Shown one piece after another: positions 1 through 12,828 of a DNA stretch of 64,000 nucleotides (position 1 is its first letter; every line of letters begins with the position of its first letter). Position numbers and translations under genes: made by a program. The notes under the pieces are model-generated. The model did not search any database. It was given only the letters and a program-made list of their open reading frames with translations, and was not told where the DNA came from. This stretch comes from Heteronotia binoei (taxonomy: Eukaryota): contig NC_083224.1 in NCBI RefSeq assembly GCF_032191835.1, positions 157,728,001 to 157,792,000 of the forward strand. Reading direction: 5' to 3'.

Positions 1-1135
1 AAGACAATGGCTATTGAAAGGTTCTGTAGCTCCATGGCACATTCATGTTATAAACTTTAAAAATTATTTACTGGTTTTTAAGAGAAGAATATTAGAGTGG
101 TGGTATTAGTAGAGAGGTCATATTCCCAAAATGTTAATAGCTAGATTGAATCACAGTACTACCAGAAGTCAAAAACAGAGTCTCAATACAGTCTACCAAA
201 ATTAGTGAAGGTCCCATGTACATATTAGCTAAGTTTAAATCCAATATCAAAATTATACGACTTATTTGGAAAACACAAAAAATTACTAAATTTAATATCT
301 AACCCTTGCTCTACCAATAAATAAGGGTTTGGTATGGGAAGCAACATTAAAGAGGAATTCACTTATCAGTGATATTCTGACCAAACCTTAATAACAGAAC
401 CACTAGCTGAGAATGGTCTCCCAAAGAACCTCCTTGTTAGTAGCTCTGCTTCTGATGAAGGCCTACAGCAGATCAGCCAGTTAAGAAATGGTCCAGTCTG
501 CCATGTCAATTAAAAAGCTGAGCTTCTCTCCTGAGAATCAACTCACAGATATGTGTCTGCTGCTACAAGAACTCCAGCTCACTGTTCTGTTGTGGTACCC
601 TGCTGGATGCAGAACTGCTGGCCAGAAAAAGTTTAACTTCAAGGAACTGTCTGGTGCTCTTCGTACAAACAACCCTATGATGAGTAAGCCTCACATCCCG
701 CTGCTTTGCATGACCGTGTGAATGCTTACTCATAAGTAATTATTCTGTTCCACGTGCATAAAAAAGCAGCCACAGGATTTCCTGGAGAATACCTTGCCCC
801 TTCCTCTCCCAGAAGAGAACAGAGTAGTGTGCGCCCACCTGAAGTAGTATAGGTCACGTTTCCTGGCAGTATACAACAATTTCTAACTCACGGCTGCCAA
901 CAAGGATCTATCAGAAAATGACATTGAAAGTTGTGTCCTTCATTATAATTAACATTTTAAATAGCTGTAATGAGATCTTTGATGACTATGTGGGCTTCTT
1001 TTTGGCTTGTCTTGATGACTCTGTATTTTAAGACTTGCTCTGCAGATTTTGAATAGAGAAGCAACTCACAAGAGTCAAATGAAGTTTGCTTTCTCCCCTT
1101 AACACATTCAACGGAGAATACAAATCAGAACCTAC

Positions 1136-1262
1136 CATCATTGTTTTTGTCTAGACTTTTAAAGGCTAGTTTCATTTTCTTTTCATGGTCTTTAAGATAA
1201 TTCATAAATTCTTCAAAGTCCAACTTGCCATCTTGGTTAGTATCACCGGCTTTGAAAATTTT
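1136..1262 (-). CDS. SLC25A24: SLC25A24 (SCaMC-1) exon 2, EF-hand region
   Basis: Minus strand ttaacag|AAAATT...GATG|gtaggt; 127 nt translating [42 protein letters not shown](G), with EF-hand loop [12 protein letters not shown]. Phase 0 start fits exon 1. Confidence 0.93.
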
Positions 1263-3019
1263 CTGTTAAAAAAGGCATATTGAAGAAATGTTAACAAGTG
1301 TTTCTGATAAAATCAACACCCCTTTCCATGATGGATGCGAACCATAAATCTGAAACATATATATAACCTCTATAAAGTTTCTATAAGTAAAACTGTTCAG
1401 TTTCCTGGAAATCTTAATTAATTAAACCTAGGAACTAGTTTAATCAAACTGCCTTTTCTTCCTGGACAAAGCCCACAGAACCCCAGTATTTGAAAATTAA
1501 AGACCAGAGCAATTCACACCTTAACCCTTTTCATATACCTACAGGCTGGATGCCAGTTTGCAGCAGAGAAAATGACACAAACTGTTGTCTGTCCTTTGTA
1601 TCTAATACCCAGGGGTATACTGACTTTACATGTGGCTAGTGATGTCAGTATGATACAGTGGTTAGTGCACTGAAGTAGGATCTAGAAGATCCAAAACACA
1701 ATGCCCCCAATCTGCCATAGAAGCTCAATGAATTTGTGAGGGTTTTGTTGTTGTTGTTGTTGTTTTAAAACCTACCTAAATTAATGTTTACTATCTATTT
1801 ATATCCTGTTTTTCTCCCTATGGGAAATCTAAAATAGCTTTTTTAAAATTCCATTTTATCCTTACAACACAATACCTGTGTGATAGGCTAGGCTGTGCCA
1901 GAGTGACTCATCCAAGGACATCCCACACATTTCTATGACAGAGAAGAGATTCAAACCTGGCTCCCCAGACCCTAATCTGACATTCTAACATCTATATCAT
2001 GATGAAATTATGCAGTATATTATCTCTGCTGAAATTTCTCCACATCAAGTTTATGGGATAATCCCAATTTTAGTATTAGGGGAAATCTCTGTTTCCCCAA
2101 CATTCAAAATTTTATAAAATAAAAGCCTCCTGCAGGGCAATTCTAAATAGTCACAACAGATTTAAAAGGGTATAAATCTGCTTAGGTTAGCACTATTCAT
2201 CAACCAAAAGCTCCTCATGGATTTTTCAGTACCCCTTTTTAAAAAAGGTATAACAGGTTCCTACCAGCTCCAGCTCTCAAACTGAGTGAGGATTTGCATA
2301 CATTTGCACACTATATTCAGCATGCATTCCTCCATAAAAATCAATAAAGAAGTACTCCCATTGGGTAAACATTACAGGAGAAGACATAATGTGTTGTCAG
2401 TAGTACTCTCTCTCCATCTATTTCTGCCTTATCTTCAGGCTTTTTAAAAAACTACACTGCATCTTTAAAGAGTGCTATCTAAAAGCATGATAAAAGACTG
2501 ACTCCTCTCTCACATGTCAAAGAAAAGGGCACATTAAAGGATAGCTGAAGAGATGCATCTTGATAATAACACATAATCATTCTCTGCCTCCAGAGACTCT
2601 GTTACAATGCAAGATGGTAGCTTCTATAATCTGTTTTAGAAGTACAGGTACCACCAAGGCTAGCATTACATACAGGTAAATACCAATACTGCATATGTAA
2701 TACTGAAAACTCAACAGAGACTGTGAAGTGTGGGATATACGTATAGCAACTTCAAAAGCTTTTATCTGCTTTGCATATAATTTTGTTACAGCTATGAGAA
2801 GATTACCTCTGGATTTAGCCCAGTTGGCCATCCCTGCACAACATGAAGGAAATGAGAACTCTACATGATTATATCAGGTTCACAGTGTGTGTTAACTCCT
2901 GCATTGATTTAACTGGAGTTACAGAGATCAGATTCTCATATTTTATTTAAATCAGCAACCAAGCACAGCCTGCTGTAAATTTTTGCAGAGGAATGGACTG
3001 CACCTGTTAGCTACGTGAG

Positions 3020-3210
3020 TTTCTAGCATGATGTAGTGGTTTCAGTATTGGACAAAGATCTGGGAGATCTAGGTACAAATCCTCACCCTAACATGGAAAC
3101 TTGTTGGGAGACCTTGGGCTGTTCTCAGCCTAAACTACCTCACACGGTTCCTGTAAAACAAATAAACAAAGGCAAGGAGAACAATATAAGCTGCTTCCCC
3201 CTCCCCAATA
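3020..3210 (+). mobile_element. Degenerate tRNA-derived (MIR/CORE-like) SINE remnant
   Basis: gtagtggtttcagtattggac..agatctgggagatctaggtacaaatcctcac head and cctcacacggttcctgtaaaacaaa body resemble the better copy at 11865-12015. Boundaries approximate. Confidence 0.45.
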
Positions 3211-4457
3211 GGGGAGATAGGCAGGAGATATATATATATATATATAAAGTAAAATAAATTAAATAAAAATATTTTTTAAACAAAATAATATGTGAATGGA
3301 GCAAGAGCACATTTGGAAATATATACATCACACAGGCATATTCATCAGAGAACCAAGATCAAGCTTTCATGTTTACCCAGTCATAAAACCAGGTTTGCAG
3401 GCATAACACGTGTCGAACACCCCTATGGTAAGACAGCCAGCCATCATCAGGCTCAAATGCATTTCCTATTATAAGGGCTTTATTTTTCAGGGTTGGTTTT
3501 TGTTGTTGTTAATAATATTTATGACTCAGACAATCCCTGCTACTACAGGGCTGTGGGCAATGTATAAATCCATTTTTAAAAACCCATACAAATAAAACAA
3601 TCAAGTTTGGGTATCACCTTGAACCTTTTCTATTTTAAATGAAAAAGCAACTGACAGCTCCGTGTTATGCAGAAGAAGAACTGGTTTTTATATTCCTGTC
3701 CCCATTGATGCTGATTCCCCACACCTGATTCTCACCTTACAGAATGGGGGATGGGGACTCATGGGGGGCAGAGAAGCCTACATTCCCCCTGCCACTGCCA
3801 AGCCTGGTGTGGCTCCAGGCCCCACCCCCTACTGTTGAGCCCAGCCTCCTCCTCCAACACTGCCAGGCCCGATGCAGCTGCTGGCATCCTCCGCTGCTGC
3901 AGCCGGGCTGGGGTGGCTCAGTTCTGCTCTAGTAAAAGCACTGTCTGTGCATGTGTGAAAACAAGAGTATTTGGGAGGATTTAAGCCCTCCAGTACATTT
4001 CAGTTTTGATTTTAGATTTTTCTGCAAACCTGGGGAATCCCCAAGTTTAAAGAAAAAAATCTGTTTCATGCCAGTGTGGCCCCACTCTGCAGATTTAGGT
4101 ATCCAAGGATGGGGGCCACACATCACTATTAGTAGATGTGTGAGGTTCCTGAAAGTGGGGTTCCTGAAAAGTCACAGGGTAGAATCCCACTCCCTTCCAT
4201 CACTGTCTGGTGCGACTCCCCAGGAGCCAGCACAGTAGCAGTGGTATCTGGGAGCTGCTCTGAGTGGCTATTGGGCTTTGCGGGCACTATCGGGCTTGGA
4301 ATGGATACAAACATTTACATAGTTTACATCATGACCTTGTATCAAATAAGGAGGAGATTGTGTTCAAAGTTCAGGACATATAAATAAAGTAGCTCTTTCC
4401 AGTCTATCTAATTTATAGAATGATCTAGCTGCAGCAACAGCTTAAATGGCTGCAAGT

Positions 4458-5130
4458 CCCATACCATACCGAACCTTTAATGGCATAACAGTTGCAAATA
4501 AAAATACACAGAATATAAAAATTTAAACATTGGGAGATAAAATCAAAATGAAACCGAGCTTACAGATGCATTCATACATGGTCAGATTTAAATTTAAGGA
4601 TGTCAGCCAAAAATTTTGCCACAGCCTCGCTAACCTCCCCCTCAGTATCGTTCAATAAATAATAACAAGGTGGCAGAATAGACAAATCTGGGGAGAAAGA
4701 AAGCTTGCAAAATAAATCTTTACGGAGATTATGATAAAAGGAACAATCAAGCAATATATGCTGAATTGAGTCGGGAATATTCGCTCCACAGGACCTAAAG
4801 GGACTCAATGATATCTCCCTTGTAAAACTTTGGAGGGGAACGCATTTAGTCTAGCCAACATAAATGCCCTGTAATGACTTGGAATGGTTAAGTCTGATAG
4901 ATAATGGGGCATTTTGCCGCAGAAAGCATAAAGACCTAAGAAAACTGGGGAGCAAATATAAGGGTCTGTTGGCCGTAGTTTCGTTTCCTCCAACTCCCGT
5001 GGTCTCAATTTAATACATCTGAAGATATATGACTCATCAGAAGTAAAAAAATCAACCTCTATCCTCAACTGGTTAAGTTTGGACATTAGCACTGCTGTCC
5101 AGGATGAAATATATGGCTGCAAGTCAGCTA
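4458..5130 (-). mobile_element. 3' fragment of a non-LTR retrotransposon (clade uncertain, RTE-X-like)
   Basis: Frameshifted C-terminal ORF2 residues YRAFMLARLNAFPSKVLQGRY...HILLDCSFY...VAKFLADILK*, followed by 3' UTR ending atgccattaaagg and a short (atggt)n tail. Confidence 0.7.
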
Positions 5131-5499
5131 GGCAGAGCTAGCAGCAATACATAAATGCTACCCCCCAAAAAATATATATATATATATATCATGCACATGA
5201 TTTCTTTGTTCATATAGATATGAGTTGCTAAACATGAGTTACTAATATGCCTGAGGCCACAGGGTTTTTTGTATATCTGATCATGGAAGCGAGAAATGGA
5301 ACTGGTTCAAAGACCAACATTCACTATGCAGAACAGCTGTTTATGTCACCATAACTTTATGTAATTACAGCCGTGACGCACAAACCACACTCTGGTTATC
5401 TCACAGGCAGAGACATCTAGTATCTCAATTCAATGGGCATATTGCCTCCTCCAGCTATTTTTCATAAGCACATTAACAAAGTAATGGAGTAAAGTAAAG

Positions 5500-5883
5500 C
5501 AGGGGTCTCCAACCAGGCCGTGGACTCTGCAGTGAAGCAGAGCAGCCCCAGACTTGCAGGGGAGGCAGCCTCGGAGTGAGACCACACCACCTCTTTCATC
5601 CACCTGGGTCCCGGGCTGGCAGAAGGAACAGCACTGCTGTGACCTTAGCCTACCCCTCATTTATAGACCTCCACCAATCAGCTGATTAGCTGGGGTCTTT
5701 AAATGGGAGGGAGAGGCAGAAACAGCCCCAGTCTCCCCCATTTAAAGACCCCCATGGGGGACAGGGATGTGGTGGGGGCAGCCTGGGGTGGCAAAACTCC
5801 CAGCGCCACCTCCCCCACCGGTCCGTGGAAAAACTGTCTTCCACAAAACCGGTCCCTGGTGCCAAAAAGGTTGGCGGCCATTG
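5500..5883. mobile_element. hAT-type MITE
   Basis: Termini CAGGGGTCTCCAACC / GGTTGGCGGCCATTG; perfect 8-bp TSD AAGTAAAG (5492-5499, 5884-5891). Confidence 0.85.
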
Positions 5884-6763
5884 AAGTAAAGGAGTAGTTA
5901 GATGGGTGGAGCCGACAACCTTGTAAGGAAAAAAATCAAGTTTTTGGTAGTCAATTGTGAACATTAGTTCAGCATACTGTATTACATTTTATCATGTTCT
6001 GGTGAGTTTTCAAATCAATACATTCCACCCACAGGCACAGAGATGTGGCTACAACCCTTTGGTACATAAATACAGATACCAAAAATGTTGCTTGGTATTA
6101 CGCAGCCCACAAGTTCCGTTGCTATTCCTGACCTGAGAATTAATTACTACTGTATCTCACAATAGTAACAGAAAAGAAAACAAACCTTGCGCTAAGACTA
6201 CACATATAAGATGTGTGTCATAAAGCAATGTAGTGCAACAGGTTTGGTAATATCAGTATATAAGGTGGTAGGAATTTAAGATTTCCATTGATACCAGTTT
6301 CAACAAACATCTTTGCTAAGCAAACATACTGCACTACACAGGGTCAACACTGCAGCAAGCTGTCATTTATTTAATGTATTATATTCTGGCTACCTTAGTG
6401 AAACCTACCATTTGGATTTTCTGCCTCAGGCACCAAAATGCCTTGAGCCTTCTCTGGTTTTGCCACTCCTGTAAGCTTCTACTAAAATCTGAGGATACAA
6501 AATGTTCTCTTTTTGCACAGAATGTTCTCTTTCTTGACCCATAATTCATACAGGTCATTTCATAAAATGTTTCTGAGGTGCATATTTAAGGTGTTCACAT
6601 ATACAAACAGGGCACAAATGTCACAAATGTGTGTTGTAAGAATGCATATCACACTTGTGAGAGAACCACAACTGAATGCACTTGCCCACTGAGTATATGC
6701 AGAGCAATACATCCAGGTTTGTTTTGATGTGTGAAATAGCCCTGACACGTCACCAGGAGATCT

Positions 6764-6976
6764 GGGGAGGGATGGTGGCTCAGTGATAGAGCATCTGCTT
6801 GGTAAGCAGAAGGTCCCAGGTTCAATCCCTGGCATCTCCAACTAAAAAGGATCCAGGCAAACAGGCGTGAAAAACCTCAGCTAGAGATCCTGGAGAGCTG
6901 CTGCCAGTCTGAGTAGACAATACTGACTCTGATGGACCCAGGGTCTGATTCAGTAGAAGGCAGCTTCATGTGTTCA
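6764..6976 (+). mobile_element. tRNA-derived SINE (Squam3-like)
   Basis: tRNA-like head with A box TGGCTCAGTGA and B box GGTTCAATCCC, continuing into a non-tRNA body (ctggagagctgctgccagtctgagtagacaatactgac) and tail aggcagcttcatgtgttca. Confidence 0.85.
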
Positions 6977-7479
6977 TATCTAGTAGTTTTTAATACAGAA
7001 ATTGCTCCATGGAAGCTTCACTTCATCCTGCGTTATCATTTGTTCATATTACCTGACCCCCCAGGACTGAACTACATGGTTAGTCAGATGCTGGAGTTGC
7101 TGCTGAAAATAATCCCACACTCCCACTTGTTCCCCCCTCCCATGTAACAAGTAGTAAGAGAGAGCAGAGCACTGAAATGTGGTGTGAAGGAAGATGGGAC
7201 TTCAAATGTGGTCAGCATCAAGTCACAGATACTCTGTTACTTACAGCTAGCAGGGAAAGAGATACAGGATTCTTGTTTCAGGCTTTGGACACCCCAGTCC
7301 TACAACACCCCAGTCCTACCATAAATACACTGAGGGTTCCTTTACTAAGATATTTTTGTAGCCCTTTAGTAGAAAGTTGTGAACCAAGCTTTCAGCAACA
7401 CTGGAGCACCGATCCATTCAAACCCTACATTGATCGCCTAAAGTGGCACTTGGCTATGACCACAGGAACAGGAAGCGGC

Positions 7480-8420
7480 GAGCTGCTTTAAAATCAATAG
7501 TGCAAACTAGGGGCAGAGTGGAAGCTAGGCTATGTGCTCGACACGGGACAACTACGATTCCTCCTCCCGCCCCCTCCTTAAACTAAGAAAGTCAGCAAGC
7601 CCCAGCCCTACACCCTTGGATAGCTGTATTGGTACAGTTTTATGACTGCCATCAAACCATGACTGGGCTAAGTCGTCTCTGTAAGGTATCCTGGAGACTG
7701 CAGCGCACCACTGACGCTGGCTTCCTCCTGACATCTTCCCCTTCCTCCCTGGGAGTCCCTCCCTGCAGCTCTTAAGCCTGCCTGGCACCCACCTTCTCCG
7801 CGTCATCCCCCAAGGGGATGCCCAAGGCTTTGAGGCCGGCCTGCAGCTCGGCAATATCCACTCGGCCGTCTTCGTTGAGGTCTAGCTTTTTGAAGAGGTT
7901 TTCGTACCTCGAACTACTGTCGGGCGCTTCGCAAGCAGCCTCGGGGAGGACGAAGCCCCTCAAGACACGGAACATGATCACAACCGGGGGCCGGGGGAGA
8001 AGGAAGGAGAATAAAGCGGGAAGCAGAAGAGCAGAAAAGGAAAGCGAGGGTTAAAGGGGAAAACTATCGGGTGGCCTGCCAGAAAGCACGCTTCTTGGGC
8101 TCTTCTCCTCCTCCTCTACGCGTGGTTTCCGGAAGGAGGGAGAGGACGCTAGCCCGGGATCGCACGCAAGAGCCAACACCCTGGGAGGGAGCAGGAAGGC
8201 GGGAAGTGAGCTTGCCTGGCCACGGCCTGGGAGGGGCTTGCTCCCTCTTTCTTCTTCCTCCCTTCCCTGAGTCACCCAACGGGCATGTATGCTTTACAAG
8301 GGAACCAGCTGACTCCACCGCGACGATAAAACGGCTTGTTGACGTGGGAGTGAACCCGCTTCTAAACTTCCTGTGCTTTCCACAGCGAACCCACTTGCGA
8401 AGCCTTTAATAACCCACCCA
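7480..8420 (-). promoter_or_regulatory. SLC25A24: CpG-island promoter / 5' region of SLC25A24
   Basis: Local rise in GC and CpG spanning exon 1 and about 400 bp upstream, in an otherwise CpG-depleted background. TSS not determinable. Confidence 0.7.
7793..7975 (-). CDS. SLC25A24: SLC25A24 (Ca-binding mitochondrial ATP-Mg/Pi carrier SCaMC-1) exon 1
   Basis: ATG at 7975; 183 nt = [61 protein letters not shown] then donor gtgggt. EF-hand [12 protein letters not shown]; resembles the human N-terminus MLRWLRDFVLPTAAC. Could be a tandem SCaMC-1-like paralog. Confidence 0.9.
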
Positions 8421-8589
8421 AGTCTATTTTGCCTTTTAGGGCAACCACCATTCTTGTCCCATCGTGTGGATCTTAAAATCCAGATTGCGTATTTAAAGAG
8501 GGGTCGTAAAAGAGAAAGAAAGTGACTCAGTCTTGTTGCTAGAGCTCCCCCACCTCGGGAAATAGCAGAAAAGATAACTCAGAGAGAGC

Positions 8590-8780
8590 TAGAGTTGCCA
8601 ACTCCAGATTGGAAATTCCTGGATATTTCAGGGAGGACCCTGATGAGGGTGGAGTTTGAAGAGAAGCAGCACATCAGGGATGTGCTGCCAGTGTTTACCC
8701 TCTGGAAATGCGGTAGTCTCCAGGGGAGACTCTGTAGTCTGAAGAACAGTAATCCCAGGAGGTTCTCCAGGCCCTAGGTA
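8590..8780. mobile_element. Partial hAT MITE (TAGGGTTGCCA-terminus family)
   Basis: Starts tagagttgccaactccag; body similar to partial copies at about 33080-33400 and 52790-52956. Confidence 0.5.
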
Positions 8781-9054
8781 CAGGTTGGATACCACAGAAC
8801 GTCTATTTTTCCTAGAGAGGTGGGATCCCGAACTGGAATGGATGATTATTTGAATGATGTGTCACTGAGTTGCATCCAATTGATTGCAACTGTACCTGTG
8901 GGCTATTGAAGGCAAGAGAAAAGCAGAGGTGGTTTGTTGTTGCCTAACTCTGCAAAGCAATCCCAGACTTCCTTTGTGGTCTCCCAACCAAGTACTCACC
9001 ATGGTCACTTCTGCTGAGCTCTGACCAGCTCAGGCTAACCTGGGTTTAGGAGGC

Positions 9055-9472
9055 TGTATGACATCAATATCCTGCCTTTTTGCCATTGGGAAACTGTTGT
9101 GTATGAGGACTCATGCAATACATTTTACTAGTGTTCCTGCCTGGCTCATTGGAGCCATGTGGACTGAGCTTGGAGACTCAGGAACAATGGCCAGTAGGAT
9201 CCAAATCCCTGCTGCCCTGGTCCAATCACAGGTCCCCTGCTGGTTCAAATCAGCCAATTGTGTTCTAGCGCAGGAACCCTGAACTGTATATAGTTGGCCC
9301 TGTTGGCCCAGTTCTCCCCAGTTCAGCCATTACTAAGCTGTACTGAATAGTTATGTCCATTGCAACTGCGTCTCCTTCATGCGTTGAACCCACTATATTA
9401 TAGAAACTCAAGGAAGTCTGCATGGAGTTCCCAATAAATCAAACAGACCTGCTGAGTTTCAATAAGGTTACA
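9055..9472 (+). mobile_element. Solo LTR (418 bp)
   Basis: TGTA...TACA termini, 4-bp TSD AGGC (9051-9054, 9473-9476), CCAAT 9254-9258, TATA-like tgtatatag 9285-9293, AATAAA 9433-9438, in LTR order. Confidence 0.7.
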
Positions 9473-9565
9473 AGGCTGAAGTTGGTTCATGATATCCAAT
9501 TCCTTGTTTGCAAATACAGCCCCAGATGTTAATGACACTTTAAAAAGTTTTGGAATGCCCCAAAT

Positions 9566-9764
9566 CAGGGCTTTTTTTTTAGCAGGACCGCACAGGAACA
9601 CAGTTCCGGTTGGCTTGGTGTCAGGGTGTGTGGCCTAATATGCAAATGAGGCCCTGGTGGGCTTTTCCTACAAAAAGGCCCTGTGTGAAACAACGGTGAT
9701 GTCAGGGGGTGTGGCCTAATATGCAAATAAGTTCCTGCTGGGCTTTTTCTACAAAAAAACCCAG
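9566..9764. mobile_element. hAT MITE carrying two octamer motifs
   Basis: CAGGGCTTTTTT / AAAAAAACCCAG termini, perfect 8-bp TSD CCCCAAAT (9558-9565, 9765-9772); ATGCAAAT at 9640 and 9721. Confidence 0.85.
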
Positions 9765-10714
9765 CCCCAAATCATATACCCCCAACTTGCAAACAGGGAG
9801 GCTATGCCCTGCAATAAAACCTATGTTGCTCCCCAGTCCACAGCCTGGTTTGAGGACTCATTCTCAAAATGGGTGCCAACAGAGAAATGAGGACTACGAA
9901 ATGAGGGAGCAGCTACACCCCAAAACAAGCTTTGGGACATCCTTTATAATATATTTCCTCAGACTCCGGGCTGTGCCTAAGGCTTATCAATTAGCAGGGG
10001 CGGGGGTGTAGGGGCAAAAGAGCTATCTGGCCCAGGCTCACATTCACAGAAGGCCTCAGATTTCAGTTGTTGAGGATATCTTCAAATAAGGTGTATCACT
10101 GAGATACACTTGACAGGACTGAAAGAGGAAGACGCTCAAAAAATTGAAGCCTTTCTTGACCCTTGGGAGGGCCTAGCTGTGCCCAAGGGGACATTTCCTC
10201 AGCCCAGAGTCAGGGGGTGCATGAATTGCATAGTGCAAAGCATTCTTCTGGATGCAGAACTTTAAAGTATCATCAGTATTTGTGGCTGGATTCACAAATA
10301 AGGAACAAGGAACCAGCTTCAGCCTCAAAGCAAGGCTGCTATATCATGGACTTCCAACTACAGCCAGTGCAGCAGTGATATCAATGCAGTATCTCTGCAG
10401 TGTGACTCAGACAGTTTTGTGGTGTTTACTACTTCTGACTTTTGTATTTGATTATCTTGAAGTGCAACAATTTACTTTCCTAGTATTACAGGTCTGCTTT
10501 GCGAAATGCTCTTATTAAAATAGCACTACAGCAGAAGAGGAATAAAGTGCAAGCTGCCAAGTCCCATCATCATGAGTCATATAAAAGGAAATTATATAGA
10601 TCCTAATGTCAAAAGAACAACAACACAGGAGCCCTTGTGGATGGGCTACTATGTAAACCAAAATACTTAACCATAATTTAATCCAAAGAGATTTACAGTG
10701 CCTGTGCCACAGTT

Positions 10715-10905
10715 GCCCTCACCTGGATAGCCTAGTCTCATCAGATCTTGGAAGCTAAGCAACGTTGATCCTGGTTAGTACTTGAATGGGAAATTACCAA
10801 GGAAATCTGGGGCTGCTACACAGAGGCAGGCAATAGCAAACCTCTGTCCACTTCTGGCCTTGAAAACCCTACAAAGGTCACCATAAATTGGCTGACTTGA
10901 TATCC
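10715..10905 (+). mobile_element. 5S rRNA-derived SINE (SINE3, 5S-Sauria-like)
   Basis: Head tctcatcagatcttggaagctaagc...cctggttagtacttgaatggga is 5S-like; tail gaggcaggcaatagcaaacc...ttgaaaaccctac is Sauria-SINE-like. Confidence 0.75.
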
Positions 10906-11240
10906 ACCCCCCCCCCCAAACAAAAAAGCCACAGTCAAGCATAGAGTTAAGCACATTGAAATCTGTGGGTTTGCAGCTGAGAATATGCCCAATTAAATAT
11001 AATGGAACTTACTTCCGATGGGCATAAACTTTAAGTGCTCTTTAGTCTGTGCTTGCTTTTGGTACAGTATTAATTGACCCTAGCACTGAGTAGCTTGTGA
11101 GAGGATACATGACTCTCCTGTCCCCATTTCATGTTCGCAAGAAGCCTGCAATATAGATTAGGCAAAGAGAGATAGTGGCCCAAGGTCACTCAGTGAGCTT
11201 CCATGGCAGAATAGGGATTTGAACCTGGGTCTTCCAGATC

Positions 11241-11443
11241 TGTCAAGTCACAGACAGTTTATGCAACCCACATAAAGTTTTCAAGGCAAGAGACATTCAG
11301 AGGTGGCTTCCCATTGCCTGTCTTTGGATAGCTATCATGGCCTTCCTTGGGAGTCTCCCATTCAATCACTAATCCAGGCTAACCTGGTTTCGCTTCCAAG
11401 GTCTGATGAGATCAGACTAGCCTGGGCCATCCAGGTCAGAGCA
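11241..11443 (-). mobile_element. 5S rRNA-derived SINE
   Basis: Reverse complement matches the head and tail of the 10715 copy. Confidence 0.65.
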
Positions 11444-11864
11444 ATGTATAGTTTAGTTGCAAAAAAGCCACTAAGGTAGGGAAAGGGATGTTTATTTCTC
11501 CCCCATGGTGTTTTCCTGATCATAAATGGCTAAAGGGTATTTGAAGAGCTAGCAGAGAAAACAGGGCACAGTGAAGATAGCTTTTCCCTATCAAGGCTTA
11601 AAGCAGCTGGGGAGATGAATGTTTTATCAAGAAATTGGCATGGGGGAAAGAGTTAACTACCCCGTCCCCAGTACCCTAGCTACAAGCCATATTCTCTGTG
11701 CACTGAGGCTCCTTTTGCCATCTAAATTAAACATTGGGAAGACTGATCACAGTTTACATACTTTGCCCTTTATGTATACACTGAGCATGTTTTAAGGGTA
11801 CACCTAAAATGTGAAGAATGAACGTGATGCATGCTTGCACACCCAAATATCATACAGGGCTATA

Positions 11865-12015
11865 TATGCTGTAGTGATTACAGTATTGGACTAGGATCTG
11901 GAAGACCCTGGTTCAAATCTGCACTCTGCCATCGAAGCTTGCTGGGTGACTTTGGCCTGTCACACACTTTCAGCCTAACCTTACAGGGTTGTTGTGAGGA
12001 TAAAATAGAGGACAG
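11865..12015 (+). mobile_element. tRNA-derived MIR/CORE-like SINE
   Basis: gtagtgattacagtattggactaggatctggaagaccctggttcaaatc head with B box, and gggttgttgtgaggataaaatag 3' part. Confidence 0.65.
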
Positions 12016-12473
12016 AGTTTAAATGAAATGATATGTGTCTAACTAATGATATGTTTAAATGAAATGATATGTGTCTAACTATAGTTTCCAAACTGCTGTG
12101 CATTCTGGGAGCCAAGCCGCATCCTAATATATGGAATTAATATGCCATGAGTGCATGCACAATTTTCAGACCTATTTCTGAAACAAAAAGTATGCTACAA
12201 CTATAACCAGTTCCAGTTTGTTTCACCAGTTTTATATCTTGGCTTTTAATACTGTAAAAATGGTATATAATAGAAAATTTTACCCAAAGCAATGATAAGC
12301 TTCAGAGACATTCTTCTGATGTTCTTACAGGAAACTGTACCTTGATAATATGTGTGTCTTTAATAGGTAATGATAAAGACATAAATAAAGAGATCTTCTG
12401 TATTTGTTATTCTAGATGTATTTGTCCAGTTGGCCTCAGCTTCCCATAGTGTGAACAACTGACAAGGAAAAAA

Positions 12474-12687
12474 AATGTGTTCTTTGCATATATTAAGTTG
12501 TATGGGCTGGAAATGATGGAAATGTCACATGCAAAGTTTTATTCAGTATTTGGAGAAATAATGGATTATACTCTTGCAACAATGTGTTCTTTGCATATAT
12601 TAAGTTGTATGGGCTGGAAATGATGAAAATGTCACATGCAAAGTTTTATTCAGTATTTGGAGAAATAATGGATTACACTCTTGCAAC
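12474..12687. repeat. 107-bp tandem duplication
   Basis: 12474-12580 and 12581-12687 are identical except for 2 substitutions. Confidence 0.95.
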
Positions 12688-12828
12688 AAGGCAAAAAAAT
12701 GGCAGCCCTAACCTTATAGTTAGCTATCTCCCATGATCCCTTGCGATATTACAAAGAATGCAGGGCAGAGCTCATGAAATGCAATGTGACCTGTGAAATG
12801 TATCCCAGCATTCTAAGTAAAAAAGTAA

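Noticed and set aside
440-500. ctgatgaagg as a hammerhead or Penelope end
   Set aside because: No stem II followed by GAAAC and no recognisable PLE coding sequence nearby.
6764-6838. tRNA gene
   Set aside because: The tRNA-like head runs into a SINE body and tail and its stems are imperfect, so it is a SINE head.
1263-7792. Alternative SLC25A24 first exon (as in the human second isoform)
   Set aside because: No EF-hand-like minus-strand exon with splice donor was found by eye in intron 1.
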